DNA of 64,000 bases, from contig NC_043001.1 of the NCBI RefSeq assembly GCF_006345805.1, positions 28,830,001 through 28,894,000 of the forward strand, written 5' to 3'. Positions 1-13,060 of this stretch are shown here, piece by piece. The position numbers were made by a program, and so were the translations under genes. The DNA comes from Octopus sinensis (lineage: Eukaryota). Position 1 is the first letter of the stretch. Each line of letters opens with the position of its first letter. The notes below the pieces were generated by a model. It ran no database searches and was not told where the DNA came from. It saw only the letters and a program-made list of their open reading frames with translations.

Positions 1-59
1 TAGACTTGAGTGGGGGAGTTGAAGCTATTGTATTTATAGGATGCTGCTTTAAATGAAAC

Positions 60-290
60 ATGAAATTCCTGCCATTACCATCTCATCTGACACCAACACT
101 GCCACTAACACCAACTTCACCAATACTGTTAACGCCACCACCACCACCAACAACATCACCACAAATTGCACCGACACCACTAACACCAGCATCACTCTCA
201 GCAGTACCACCACCACCACCACCACTACCAATGCCGCCACCGCCGCTACAACCACCACCAAAATCACCAGCAAAAATTACTTTCAGCCTG
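60..290. repeat. Cryptic (ACC/AAC)n low-complexity tract
   Basis: Imperfect CAC/CAA triplet runs; explains the overlapping poly-T/poly-P/poly-V ORFs. Confidence 0.7.
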
Positions 291-460
291 ACTAGTCTAC
301 TATTAATCATGACTCTGGCCAGAAATAAAACTGGCTACAGGAAAAAAAGTTAGATGGTATTTTGAACTTTGACCTATTGAAGTTTTAAATAAGGGAAGTC
401 AATCTACTTTTTATTCATTTATTTATCACTTTTTTTTTACAAAATTTATCTAATGATGAG

Positions 461-465
<5 letters not shown>

Positions 466-526
<61 letters not shown>
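466..526. repeat. (TAA)~20 microsatellite
   Basis: Perfect TAA run read directly. Confidence 0.95.
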
Positions 527-528
<2 letters not shown>

Positions 529-1470
529 CCTACAATGCACAACACACACCACCCTAAAAGTAATACCAACAGACTCTACCTATCAAGAAAGGAAGAAGCA
601 GATTGCTAAATGCAGAAGATACCATTAGTACTGCAATAGTAAAGTTGAAAAATTTTGTTATGTGGAATGAAGAAAATATACTATTGGGAGTTAGAGATGC
701 ACTAAAAGTTATTGAAGTGGCAGGGGAATTCAAGAACAACAAAACAAGCAGATGGAAAGAAATGGAATCGCATGGTCAATTCAGGCAACAAACCAAGGAT
801 GTTGGAAGTAAAGAACACTGGCACTAGGTGAGAGATGGAAACCTGAAATGAAAGAGCATAGTGTTATTTATAACCACCCAAGAACACCATAAAGATGAAT
901 CTGATAAAAGCAAAGATTGACAAATCTCAGACTGCAAATGTAGTATTTTGGGGGAACAAGATGAAAGTATCAATTATCTCTTGAGTGAGTGCAGTCAGCT
1001 AGCACAGAAAGAGTATAAGCACAGGCATAACTGTGTAGGTAGAAGAGTACATTAGAATGTTAGCTGAGTGTGTGGATTTGAAATAACAGGATTGTGGTAT
1101 GAACACAAACTCAAGACAGTGATAGAGAACGAGAATTATAGGATCTAATGAGACTTCCCCATTAAGATTGACCATATTATTGAAGCAAGACAGCCAAATA
1201 TTATTATAGAGAACAAAATAAACAAACAGTATAAGATCATAGACTATGCAATTCCCTATGATAATAGAGTTGATTCCAAAGAAATTTTAAAAACTGTGAA
1301 ATATCAGGGTCTAGTAAGGGAGCTGAAAACTAAAACAATAATTATTCCTGTGGAAGATGAAGATAGCAATTATTTCTGTGATAGCTGGTGCACTTGGCAC
1401 TACATTCAAAATGCTACTGAAAGATATTGGAATTGAGACTCACATTGTTCAATCTGCAGAAAAGTACCAT
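527..1470 (+). mobile_element. Degenerate 3' part of an R4/Dong-type non-LTR retrotransposon (zinc knuckle plus restriction-like endonuclease)
   Basis: Manual translation across stops/frameshifts: HPKSNTNRLYLSRKE; WKEMESHGQF; CKC..ESINYLLSECSQLAQKEYKHRHNCV (decayed CCHC knuckle); ARQPNIII..KIIDYAIPYD..KYQGL (decayed PD..D RLE motif). Boundaries approximate. Confidence 0.75.
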
Positions 1471-2229
1471 CTCACACTGTTTCCTGTGACACACACAAAC
1501 TGAACACAAACACTGCACTGTTCTCAAAACTTACATTTTAAAGGCATTACATGAACTTTTTCCTCACTTGCATGTGTTTCACATTTCAGCACAGTTTTGC
1601 ATCTATGACCTCTGAATGTGGACAATGTTCTATTTAATTTCACATTTGGCTTTTTGTATTTAATATTCTAGTACTTGCTTTGTTTGCGGTATTGCCAGCA
1701 AGAGCTTTACAATTTAAACTTTACACAAGCATACATGTATTGTTCTTTTATCTTGTGTCTGTTATTGTCTGTACACAATTTGCTGCATGTTTTGTTAATG
1801 TTAACAGTATTTTGACCCTGTAGTTTTCAGCCTAACACCTCATCCTGGATCTACATTTCTGTTCTGTGCATAATTGGCTTCATGTCTTTTATTTTTATAC
1901 TTGTTTTACTCATTTTAATGCTCACATTACACGTTGTTCTTTGGCATGTAATGATTTTGCCACCTTTTCATTTTCATTCAGTTACCTTCCAACAACCTCA
2001 CTGATGAGGCACTACTGTAGTGGGGCTTAGAATTGAAACTGCATTAGCTCAGTAACAAGAGACAGGCTATAGCATATCAGGTAACTCACAATGAATTTTA
2101 ACCAATAATATTTCAACTGCAATCAATGGAAAATTCTATTACTTTCCTGCCTAAACATGGCTAAAAATGTAAAAATGTGAAACAATGAGGTTGAGGTTTC
2201 AGGGATTCCTGAGAAGACAGAATTCTTTG

Positions 2230-3260
2230 TTGCTGCTTGACCTCAGGTTAATCTATCTGTCTATCTAGGTTGTCCCTCAGGATGCCCCAAGACTGTTTCC
2301 ACACGTTTTCCCCACTCATCTCGATGTTCCATAATAATCCTCAGCTCCTGTACCCCTTCTATACCAGTATCCTCCAGCAAGTTGTCAATATAGGTTGCCT
2401 TCCTCTTTCCTCTCTTGGTTCTTCCTTCTGTTGGTTGCCAGAGCACTAGCTTGTTAGCAATTTCAAAGGTGGCGAGCTGGCAGAAACGTTAGCACGCCGG
2501 GCGAAATGCTTTGCGGTATTTTGTCTGCTGTTACGTTCTGAGTTCAAATTCCGCCGAGGTCGACTTTGCCTTTCATCCTTTCGGGGTCGATAAATTAAAG
2601 TACCAGTTACGCACTGGGGTCAATGTAATCGACTTAATACCTATGTCTGTCCTTGTTTATCCCCTCTATGTTTAGCCCCTTGTGGGTAGTAAAGAAATAG
2701 GTATGTCTCATGCAATGTCCAGCTAGCCTCATCCTTCTATGCTATATCTTCAATGTTACTTTTGGTAGTTCTTGGTATAAGTCAGCTTTTGTTGCATGAC
2801 TCTTCCAGGAAACATTAAGTGCCATTCTAAGCATCTTTGTATAACAACCATCCAACTGCTTCTTCAATGCTTTAATGACCATCCATGTTTCAGCCCCATG
2901 TAGAAGAACAGACTCCACTGTTGCCAGAAACAACCTCACTTTCAATTTCCTTGCTAACTTTGAAATCTGTACCTTTCTCAATTTATGGCAAGTGCTCCAG
3001 GCAAGAGCTTTCCTTGCTACGATGTCTTTTTCAGTACTTTGTGTCCATGCACCAATGTTTCTCCAAAAGAATTGGAGACAAAAAATGTGATTTAGACAAC
3101 ATCATCCTTGAATTTGCAAACAAACTATTCAGGTTAAAAAGAATTATTTGTTTATGGTTAAAGCGGAATTTCCTACCTCTAGCCACATGAATGTGTATCT
3201 AGTCAATTTTTACCCCAACGCAACATACATGCACGGCTCTCTGCTGTTAAATGGTGATAC
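2230..3260 (-). mobile_element. Degenerate RTE-clade LINE C-terminal fragment, interrupted by a SINE
   Basis: ORFs 2742-2981 (LFLATVESVLLHGAETW..LDGCYTKMLRMAL) and 2261-2446 (LWQP..RGKRKATYID) join through RLAGHCMRH..EIANKLVLWQP across the SINE. Confidence 0.75.
2465..2699 (+). mobile_element. tRNA-derived SINE, family B in this annotation
   Basis: Head GGTGGCGAGCTGGCAG, B-box-like GAGTTCAAATTCC; near-identical inverted copy at 18215-18432 and many relics. Confidence 0.75.
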
Positions 3261-3737
3261 AGCCTCCAGCAAGAAACTTTTGTAATCACTGTTATGTTTA
3301 TGTATAGATAAATGGTCTCATCAAAAACCTAAAATAGACTTTCTTTTATATTGGAAGCAGCATGCATCCAAATTCAACATAACCAAATAACCAAAATATC
3401 CAGCATCCCATCTAACCAAGTTACTATGGCATCTAATTTTTTTAGCAGAAAGTCAGTGGGAGTGAGATTAGTGATTGAAAGAGCTGTCTTCGCTATGCTT
3501 TGCCCATGTTAAAACAAAGTACCACCACCACCACCACCACCATCAGCTGTTCAAGAATTTGGACCTGGAGACCTCCATTTCCAGCGACTTCGAGGGCCAC
3601 CTCCCAGTGGTGTCAGGCGTCAATGAAGAGTCCTCGACTACAACAAGACGACCAAAGTTTTTTTTTTCAAGGTCTGGGGGTCTCCTGCCCCTAAGCCCTA
3701 GGCCATCACCTAATCACCCATACTCGCCTTGTTGCTT

Positions 3738-3798
<61 letters not shown>

Positions 3799-4210
3799 CC
3801 ACCACCACCACCACCACCACAACCAACACTGTTGTCGATTGAAACAGCAACAACAACAACTAGAAGGAAAATGAATACATCAACAACAAAAACAATAATG
3901 AGAAACACAAAAAGGAAAAATTAAATTGTTGTTTCCACTCACCTGCAGGTTCTACCTCTGCCGCCACTACCACCATTAAACCTTGTATTCAACATATACA
4001 GCACACTCATGCATATAAATCTAACAAGCTTCAACATAGTTTCCATCAGCCAAATTTCACTCATATGCTTTTTTCTAGATCTAGTGTTGTAATAGAAGGC
4101 TCTTGGCTAAGACGACACGTAGCATGAGCGAACCAGAAACAACATGATTTCAAAGCAAAATTCTTAACTGCATTTTCATACCAGGAGATTTTTTCATCCT
4201 TGAATCACCA

Positions 4211-4609
4211 TACTCTTTTACTCTTTTACTTGTTTCAGTCATTTGACTGCGGCCATGCTGGAGCACCGCCTTTAGTTGAGCTAATCGACCCCGGGACTTA
4301 TTCTTTGTAAGCCCAGTACTTATTCTATCGGCCTCTTTTGCCGAACTGCTAAGTGACGGGGACGTAAACACACCAGCATCGGTTGTCAAGCAATGCTAGG
4401 GGGACAAACACAGACACACAAACATACACACACATACATATACATATATACGACAGGCTTCTTTCAGTTTCTGCTACCAAATCCACTCACAAGGCATTGG
4501 TCAGCCCAAGGCTATAGCAGAAGACACTTGCCCAAGATGCCACGCAGTGGGACTGAACCCGGAACCATGTGGTTGGTAAGCAAGCTACTTACCACACAGC
4601 CACTCCTGC
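4211..4609 (-). mobile_element. tRNA-derived SINE, family A (~400 bp, internal CA/TA microsatellite, GAGTAAAA tail)
   Basis: Minus-strand head with A-box TGGCTGTGTGG and B-box GGTTCAGTCCC; more than 10 similar copies in the window. Confidence 0.8.
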
Positions 4610-4980
4610 ACCTTTATAATATCTGTATTTCAATTTTTATTTGAATAATTTCTCCAATTCTTTTGGAGAAACACTGTCTGTTGAAACTATTATATCTACA
4701 AAGAAAATATTTTTTGACATGGTGGACTTTGATAATATATTCTGGAGAATGTGACTTATACAGGGTGTGGGAGAAATACCTCCTACATTTGAAAGGTTGA
4801 CAAAAGGAAAAAGAAACAACATTTATGAAAAATTAATTTTACTGTTGTTTCAACAAAGGGTTACAGTTTTTGTTCATTAGCTAAATGAAAACATTATTGG
4901 CACTTGCATAAGTTCATTAGCAACACATAGGTGAAAGTTTAAAATGGTGAGGAGGTATTTTAGCTGCATACTGTATATCT

Positions 4981-5398
4981 TTACTCTCTTTACTCTTTTA
5001 CTCTTTTACTTGTTTCAGTCATTTGACTGCGGCCATGCTGGAGCACCGCCTTTTAATCGAGCAACTCGACCTCGGGACCTATTCTTTTGTAAGCCCAGCG
5101 CTTATTCTATCGCTCGCCCCTGCCGAACCGCTAAGTAACAGAGACACAAACACACCAGCATCGGTTGTCAAGCAATGCTAGGGGGACAAACACAGACACA
5201 CAAACACACGCATGCATATATATATGTACATATATACGACGGGCTTCTTTCAGTTTCCGTCTACCAAATCCACTCACAAGGCTTTTGTCGGCCCGAGGCT
5301 ATAGTAGAAGACACTTGTCCAAGGTGCCACGCAGTGGGACTGAACCTGGAACCATGTGGTTGGTAAACAAGCTACTTACCACACAGCCACTCCTGTGC
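4981..5398 (-). mobile_element. SINE family A copy
   Basis: High similarity to 4211-4609 over its full length. Confidence 0.8.
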
Positions 5399-5732
5399 CT
5401 ATAAACATCATAATTATTTCTGTAAACATCATAATTATTTCTAGTTAGCTTTTTTTATGTCTCAAACATTAAATACCACAACACTAACATAAGTATTGCC
5501 TTTCTTGTGGATGGTATTGGTGAAGTATTTAGTCTCTGTTTTCCTGTACTAACCTGCATACATTCTTGTACATTTACTATGTGAGGTTTTTCCATCACTA
5601 AATTTGCAAGCTCAATGAAGGTTGTGCCTTGCTGATGAGGTCAGAATAAAACCATAACCTGTTGAGTTGTTTCTCTATCTGCTATAAAAAAACCCATCCT
5701 ATTTTGCAACACCAACCAGTGTATATTCATAA

Positions 5733-5952
5733 CCCTTTCATTACCAACCCGGCTGAAACTGGCTCTGACTCTGAGTACAAATGTCTTGTTTTCATAAGTT
5801 TTGAATTAAAATCTTCCACCAAACCTTAGTCACAATTTATACTCTTAACACTAGGTTAATGATAATTAAGTTATTTTACTAAATTCTTTGTTATATTTAA
5901 AGTAATTGAAAGAAACACAGAGCATCTCAAAATAAATACAGTAATGAAAGGG
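5733..5952. mobile_element. piggyBac-like MITE
   Basis: Perfect 12-bp TIRs CCCTTTCATTAC / GTAATGAAAGGG flanked by ATAA and TTAA. Confidence 0.65.
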
Positions 5953-6674
5953 TTAAACATTTACTTAGTGTGTTTTCCTATCACTATAGTTGTAAGTATA
6001 ATGAATGCTGTGCCTTGATTGATGAGGTTAGAATAAGACCATAACTAGAGTTATGTCCTCTATTTGCTAAAGGAAAAAAATGCATAAATTGATATTGGCT
6101 ATTGACTAATATTGCTTCTTCATCTTTGCAGAATTATTTCAAATAAAATTACTTTCATGTTGTCAGTATTAAATATGGTGACATTAAGTTAACTGTACAA
6201 TAAAATGTGGATTATGAATAAATAAATATATGGGCATGTGTCATATGTATTTGGTTTTTACCGAAATACTATAGCTATGAGGGACTTTTCAACAGCTTAG
6301 GATAAGCTGGTTTAATTTTTCACTTAACACTTCATCAACATTCACTCTAAAACAGCTGATTGTAGGAGTGGGAGGTCACTTATAAAAATAATTAAAATTT
6401 TTGACTGATAGGCTTCATTTACATAATGGTACATAATTGCATAGTTTGTAATCCCCAGCCAAGATTAATAGGAGTTCCATGGGAGTAATTTCACACCCTT
6501 TGTCCAAACAACTGCCATACCAAGTATGACATTCCTTTCTTGAAATTCACATCCTGTTTTATAGTTAATATGCAGTCAGTTTAATACTTTTCTTATACTT
6601 TCTGTCAGAAGAAAGATTAAGTCACTCCAGGCAAAATTTGACTCATAGTACACTCGACTCTGAATAACAGTAAT

Positions 6675-6914
6675 ATTAATCCTTTTTTACTATAGGCACA
6701 AGGCCTGAAATCTTGGAGGAGGGGACTAATTGATTAAATCGAGGAGGAGAGGACTAATTGATTAAATTAAGTGAAAACTGGTACTTAATTTATTGACCCC
6801 AAAAGGATGAACGGTAAAGTCTACCTTGGTGGAATTTGAACTCAGAATATAGCGATGAGCAAAATACTGCTAAGCATTTTGCCTGGCATGCTAAACAATT
6901 TTGCCAACTAGCTG

Positions 6915-6974
<60 letters not shown>

Positions 6975-7243
6975 TGATGATGATGATGATGATGACGATG
7001 ACGATGATGATGATGATCCTCCTCCTCCTCCTCCTCTCTGCAATAGGCACAAGGCCTGAAATTTGTGGGGAGGACACTATCAATTACCTTGACCTCAGCA
7101 TTTCACTGGTAATTCATTTATCAACCACGAAAGAATCGAAGACAAAGTCGACCCGGGTGGAATTTGAACTCAGGAAGTAACAACAGGCGAAATACTACTG
7201 TGCATTTTGTCCAGCATGCTAATGATTCTGCCAGTTCACTGCC

Positions 7244-7244
<1 letters not shown>
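6675..7244 (-). mobile_element. Two tandem SINE family B relics separated by (TAA)n/(GAT)n
   Basis: Both segments (about 6675-6918 and 7036-7244) match the reverse complement of the family B head and body. Confidence 0.65.
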
Positions 7245-7279
<35 letters not shown>

Positions 7280-7375
7280 GTAATAATAATAACAGTAATA
7301 ACAATAACAACAACAATAATAATAACAACAACAACGATGATGATGATGATGATGATTGATGATGATGAAGATGAT

Positions 7376-7406
<31 letters not shown>

Positions 7407-7752
7407 GATGATGATGACGACGACAATTATGATGGGGGAGGAGATGAAGGTGATGAGGATGATAGTGATGGTGAGAATGAGAACATTGATGAAGATGATG
7501 ATGATGATTGATGATGATTGATGATTGATGATGATGATTGATGATGATGATGATGATGTTTGATGATGATGTTTGATGATGATGATGATGATGATTGATG
7601 ATGATGATGATGATGACGACGACAATTATGATGGGGGAGGAGATGAAGGTGATGAGGATGATAGCGATGGTGAGAATGAGAACGTTGATGAAGATGATGA
7701 TGATGATTGAGGATCATGATTGATGGTGATGATTGATGATGATGAGGATGAT

Positions 7753-7793
<41 letters not shown>

Positions 7794-7967
7794 TTTGTTG
7801 ATGATGTTTAATGATGATGATGATGATTGATGATGATGATGATGATGGGGGAGGAGATGAAGCTGATGATGATGATGATGATGATGGTGAGGGGGAGGAG
7901 ATGAAGGTGATGAGGATGATAGTGATGGTGAGAATGAGAATGTTGATGATGATGAAGATGATGATGG

Positions 7968-8008
<41 letters not shown>

Positions 8009-8040
8009 GTGATGACAATGACGACGACGATGACAACAGT
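7245..8040. repeat. Compound (TAA)/(AAC)/(GAT)n microsatellite with a repeated ~95-bp GA-rich cassette
   Basis: Cassette GGGGAGGAGATGAAGGTGATGAGGATGATAG..GAGAATGAGAA recurs near 7435, 7635 and 7890. Confidence 0.9.
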
Positions 8041-8607
8041 GATGTTTGTAGCAACAGGTATTTTTAGGGTTTACACAGTTGACCTCCTTAAATATTTCCA
8101 AGGGGTCTTTCATAACCATTTTCTTTCAAAAATGATACGTTTCGAAAACCTTTAAAATAATTTTGAAATCTAGAAAAGCTGATCCTTCTCTCCAGAAAAA
8201 AATGTCTTAGAGAAAGATATATTCAATTTAAAAAAAATAATAAAAGACAGACAGAAAAATGTGATTTTGCTAGAAAAGTGCATTACAGTATGTTTGACAC
8301 ATACATTTTGGTTCCTGCCTTAATATGGTTTTTGGAATACCACTCCTCATTTTTTTGAAAGCCAGCTTTTCATTTGACTCATGACATGATTCTTAATCAG
8401 AAAAATCCCCATTATGAAACAGAAAACTAAATTAACTTAGACTAGATTTAAATTTGAAAAAGTGTAAATGTTTAAGCTCTGTGTATTTCGTAACTCAGAT
8501 ATCAAATAATTTATTGATATTTTGGATATGATTATATATCAAATGTTAGTTAGCTGCTGTACCCTTATAAAGTCTTCATTTTGAAACAAATGTATACACA
8601 CACACAC

Positions 8608-8640
<33 letters not shown>

Positions 8641-8869
8641 TCCTAAACTCTCTATTACATAATTGTATTTTGTTAAGTTAAATTCATTTTGACTCAACAA
8701 AGCAAGATAAACATCCTTGTGCCTTGGAAATTTATGTGTGTACACATATGCACACACACATATGTGTGTGTATGTATATATATATATATATTCATACATA
8801 TATATATATAGATACATACACACACACATGCACATACACATACATACACACACATATATAAAATCAAAA

Positions 8870-9385
8870 TAAGCTACAGCATATTGGGTAGTAATGCAGT
8901 ACGACAGTTTCCTGTGGCTCCATTTAATTTAATAATGCAATCATTACATCAATTTAAAAGCAATGCCATCTTCAGCTGCACAAATAGATAAATAGAATTT
9001 TAACCAGTCGGACACATTAACATAATTTCTCTCAAATACTTTAACAGAGCAAGAAGATGGAAGAAATTGATGTAGCTAAGAATATATGCACTTCCAAGAA
9101 TTGCATGAAGCCCATTGGGGTCATAGCTTGTAAAGAACAGTAATTCATTTCTAATTCATTTATCTCTTTATCAACTACTAAATCTAATTCAACTGAACCT
9201 TAGTTATTTCTTTGATCGCTAGCCACTACACATTCCTTATTTTCTCTCTCTTTGTTTCCTTCTGTGTTCCTTTCTGTGGAAGAGTGTAGGCTCGAAATGT
9301 TAAAGACTTTTTGACTTCCCGAACGTTAAACTAATATATCTGTTTGTTGTCTACTTCACCTGTCTTCGTCTTTTGTTTTTTCTGA
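8870..9385 (+). mobile_element. Penelope-like element 3' terminal relic with degenerate hammerhead motif
   Basis: CTTT-CTGTGGA-A-GAGT GTAG GCTC-GAAATGTT-AAAG at 9270-9305; related inverted copy at 20300-20337. PLE assignment is inferred. Confidence 0.5.
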
Positions 9386-9386
9386 A

Positions 9387-9425
<39 letters not shown>

Positions 9426-9539
9426 GATAGATAGATACATACATACATACATACATACAAATATGCACACACATACATCATATGTTCTATCAATCAATCT
9501 CTCCCTCTCTCTCTCTCTATCTATCTATCTATATATATA

Positions 9540-9850
9540 CTCTTTTACTTGTTTCAGTTGTTCTTTGTAAGCCTAGTACTTATTCCATCAGTCTCTTTTG
9601 CCAAACCGCTAAGTTACGGGGATGTAAACACACCAGCATCGGTTGTCAAGCGATGTTGGGGCGACAAACACAGACACACAAACATATACACACACATACA
9701 TGTATCTATATATACATATATACGACCAGGCTTCTTTCAGTTTCCGTCTACCAAATCCACTCACAAGGCTTAGGTCGGCCTGAGGCTATAGTAGAAGACA
9801 CTTGCTTAAGGTTCCATGCAGTAGGACTGAATCCGGAACTATGTGGCTCA
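9540..9850 (-). mobile_element. SINE family A copy (partial)
   Basis: Matches the family A body and part of the head. Confidence 0.7.
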
Positions 9851-10325
9851 AAATTATTAGGAATGGGAGTTGGGAAGAGGTGAGGCTAACACCTAAATTA
9901 AAAATCTGTGAATCAGAAAAAGAAAAAGTACTCACATGCTGGTTTAAAAAAAAGGGAGTGTTGTTAATAATAAAGCCAAGGTCATCTTTGTCTCTCATCA
10001 TTTTGGGGTCAATATAATCCACTAGACTCCTCAGGCCTTGTGTCTATTAGTAGAAAGAATCATTAATAAAATCTAATATACTATTCTAATATTAACTAAT
10101 TTACTGATCAGTTTCATACCAGAAATTGGGAAAACCACAGCGATCATCAGAAAAGATGAAAGGAATAGTATAGGATGGACTCTTTTGTCACTTGAGGTCT
10201 GAAAATGTCACATCCAGTTTGTGGGTCTGTCAGCTATTGAAAAAAAAACTGGAGCAAAATTATCCAGGTCAAAACCCAGAAAGTAAATTATTTTAATTGA
10301 TTAGACTGTTATTATACCCCCTGCG

Positions 10326-10665
10326 AAGGCACATGGCCCAGCGGTAAGAGAGTAGGGCTCACAATCATGAGAAAGTGAGTTCGTTTCTTGGACTGGGCTG
10401 TGTGTTGTGGTCTTGAGCAAGACACTTTATTCCATACTGCTCTACTTCACTCAGCTGTAGAAACTAGTTGTGTGACACCACTGGTATTGGTGTTTGCCGT
10501 TCTCTTGGATAACATCAATGCTATGGAGCGGGGAAGCTGGTATGCATGGGCGACTGCTGGTCTTCAATAAACAGCCTTGCCCAGACTTGTGCCTTGGAGG
10601 GGAACTTTCTGGGTGCAATCTCATGGTCATTCATGACTGAAAGGGGTCCTTTCTTCCTTCCTTCC
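10326..10665 (+). mobile_element. tRNA-derived SINE, family D (CORE-like central segment)
   Basis: A-box-like TGGCCCAGCGG, B-box-like GAGTTCGTTTC, TTGAGCAAGACACTTTA..CACTCAGCTGTAG; inverted relative at 60085-60445. Confidence 0.6.
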
Positions 10666-11623
10666 TTCCTACTTTTCTTCTTCTATTATTCCTCTTGGAT
10701 TTGGAGCAAAACAGGGCTACCACAGTATGAGAAATATTTGCCTGTAGGATGGGGTTTGGGTCAGGGTGAGAGCGTGAGTGAAGTTTGGAATCTCTTCATA
10801 CTGGTTTCAAATTTTAGCACAAGGCTAGCATTTTGGGGGGAGGGGACTAACTTGAAAGCTCAACAGGTACTTATTTTATTGACCCCTGAAATGATGAAAG
10901 GCAAAGTCAACCCCAGTGGTATTTGAAACCAGAATGTGAAGACGGGCAACGCACGAAATGTCACTGAGCATCTTGCCCAGAATGCTAGCAATTCTGCCAG
11001 CTCACTGCTTTAGGAATCTCTTCATATTGGCTTCAAATTTTGGCACAAGGCCAGAAATTTCGGAAGAGGGTGTTAAGTTAACTAAATCAATCCTAATGCT
11101 CAACTGGTACTTACTTTATCAAGCCCAAAAGTTTAAAAGCAAAGTCGATCCCAGCAGTATTTAAACCTAGGACCTAAAGACAGACAAAATACTTCTAAGC
11201 ATTTTGCCTAGCATGTTAATGATTCTGCCACCTCACTGCCTTAAAAATCTCTTCATATTAACTGTTTCTGTTTTTGGATGGTTTGTAGACTTAATTTGTT
11301 GCCCAGTTTAACACTATTCTCTTCCTTAGGTACCTTTCATAGAGTCCACTCTGCTGCAAGCATTCAGGACAGGTTCCCAGCTTGTGGATAACCTTATCTC
11401 TTTCCTGCTATCAGGCATAGAAGCCTTGAAAAGGGGCGCAGGCACTTTCATATCTCTTTTAAGTCATTGTGGTTCTGAAACTCACTTGCAACCATTTGGT
11501 TTTGGGTTGAGTCCCACTGCACAGCACCTTGGGTAAATGTCTGCTACTATAGGACTGCTTTACAAGGGAATTTGGAAGATGGAAACTGTGTGGAACCACA
11601 TTGTATATATATGTGTATATATA

Positions 11624-12841
11624 TCAGGTTGAGTAAAAAGTAAGCAACGTTTTGAACCATGAAGAATTTATACTGGATTTTTGCAGAGTTTTGAATTTTT
11701 TTTAAACATTTTTTTGAAATTGATAATACAGACATGGACTTGTCCAAATGCATCAATAAACTAACATTGATATTTTTTCACTATTGTTATAATCATCTGA
11801 AATGGAACTGTCAGAGCATAATATTCGACCAATTTTGCTATTAAAAAAAAAGGATGTAAAGCAGTTGAAACTGCTCATGATATCAATGAAACGTTTGGTG
11901 AGGAAATGACCAGTGAGTGGTCAGCTCAAAAATGGTTTAAATGATTTCGAAGTGGAGACCTGAGCCTTGAAGATCATGAGTGTAATGGACACCCATCTGT
12001 CATCAATGACGGCCAACTAAAGACTATCTTTGAGAAAAATCCACATAAAACCACTCAAGAAATGGCAAAAGAACTTCAAGTTAGCCAGAAAACTGCCTGC
12101 AACCATTTGGATGTGATCAGAAAATCAAAAAAGCTCGACAAATGGGTAACATATGATTTGAATAAAAATCAGAAAATGCACAGATATGAAATTTGCTTGT
12201 TATTTCTTCTCTGTAACCAGACTGATCCATTTCTCAACCATATTGTAACTTGCAGTGGTTGGATCAAAGCGAAACACCAAAAACCTCCCCTAAACCTGAG
12301 CTCTTCAAAAAGAAGGTTATGGTGACTGTTTGGTGGTGTACTGCTGGACTCATCCACTATAACTTCTTAAAACCTGGAAAACCCATTACTGCAGAAACAT
12401 ACTGCCATGAAATTGCCAAAATGAACGAAAAACTACAACTCCTCCATCCCAGACTGGTCAACAGAAGAGGGCTGATCATTCTTCATGACAATGCTCGACC
12501 CTGCATTTCACTAATAATGCTCCAGAAGTTGAGGGAACTTGGCTACAAAATTCTTCTCCACCCAGCTTATTCCTCAGACCTTTCTCCTACCTACTACCAC
12601 TTTTTCAAGCACCTTGATGGTTTCCTGTGAGAGAAGGTGTTCAAAAATCAAACCATTGCTGAAAATGTGTTCAAAGAGTTTGTCAGCTCCAGAACACCAG
12701 ATTTTTGTGTTACCAGAATAAACAAACTTGTAACTCATTGGCAAAAATGTGTTGGTTGAAATGGTATTTACTTCACATTGTTGAAATAAATTGTGATGAA
12801 TTCCATGTTTCAAAACATTGCTTACTTTTTATTCAGCCTGA
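11624..12841 (+). mobile_element. Full-length but decayed mariner transposon
   Basis: ~40-bp TIRs (TCAGGTTGAGTAAAAAGTAAGCAA / TTGCTTACTTTTTATTCAGCCTGA), TA duplication on both sides, transposase pieces LDKWVTYDL, KKVMVTVWW, LHDNARP, HPAYSSDLSPTYYHFF; frameshifts and stops. Confidence 0.9.
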
Positions 12842-13060
12842 TATGTGTGTGTGTGTATGAATATATGTTTTATATATAAAATGTATGAATATATGTGGCG
12901 GCTGAAGAAGGGGATTGTTCCTTGTGTTGTAATGTCTTGTACTCTATTTTTTCGTTGCTTATGAAAAATGTCCATTTCCTTGGTTTTGTGTTTATGTTTT
13001 CGTTTCTCATTGTGTTCGACGTTTTTTTGGTGTCCTGTACCCATATATGCATGTATATAT

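Noticed and set aside
2001-2060. CTGATGA..GAAAC hammerhead-like motif
   Set aside because: Stem II and stem I cannot be closed convincingly; at most a heavily decayed PLE terminus.
3475-3924. 149-aa ORF with a unique-looking middle (SSDFEGHLPVVSGV)
   Set aside because: Mostly simple repeats, no recognisable domain or splice context; probably a repeat fragment.
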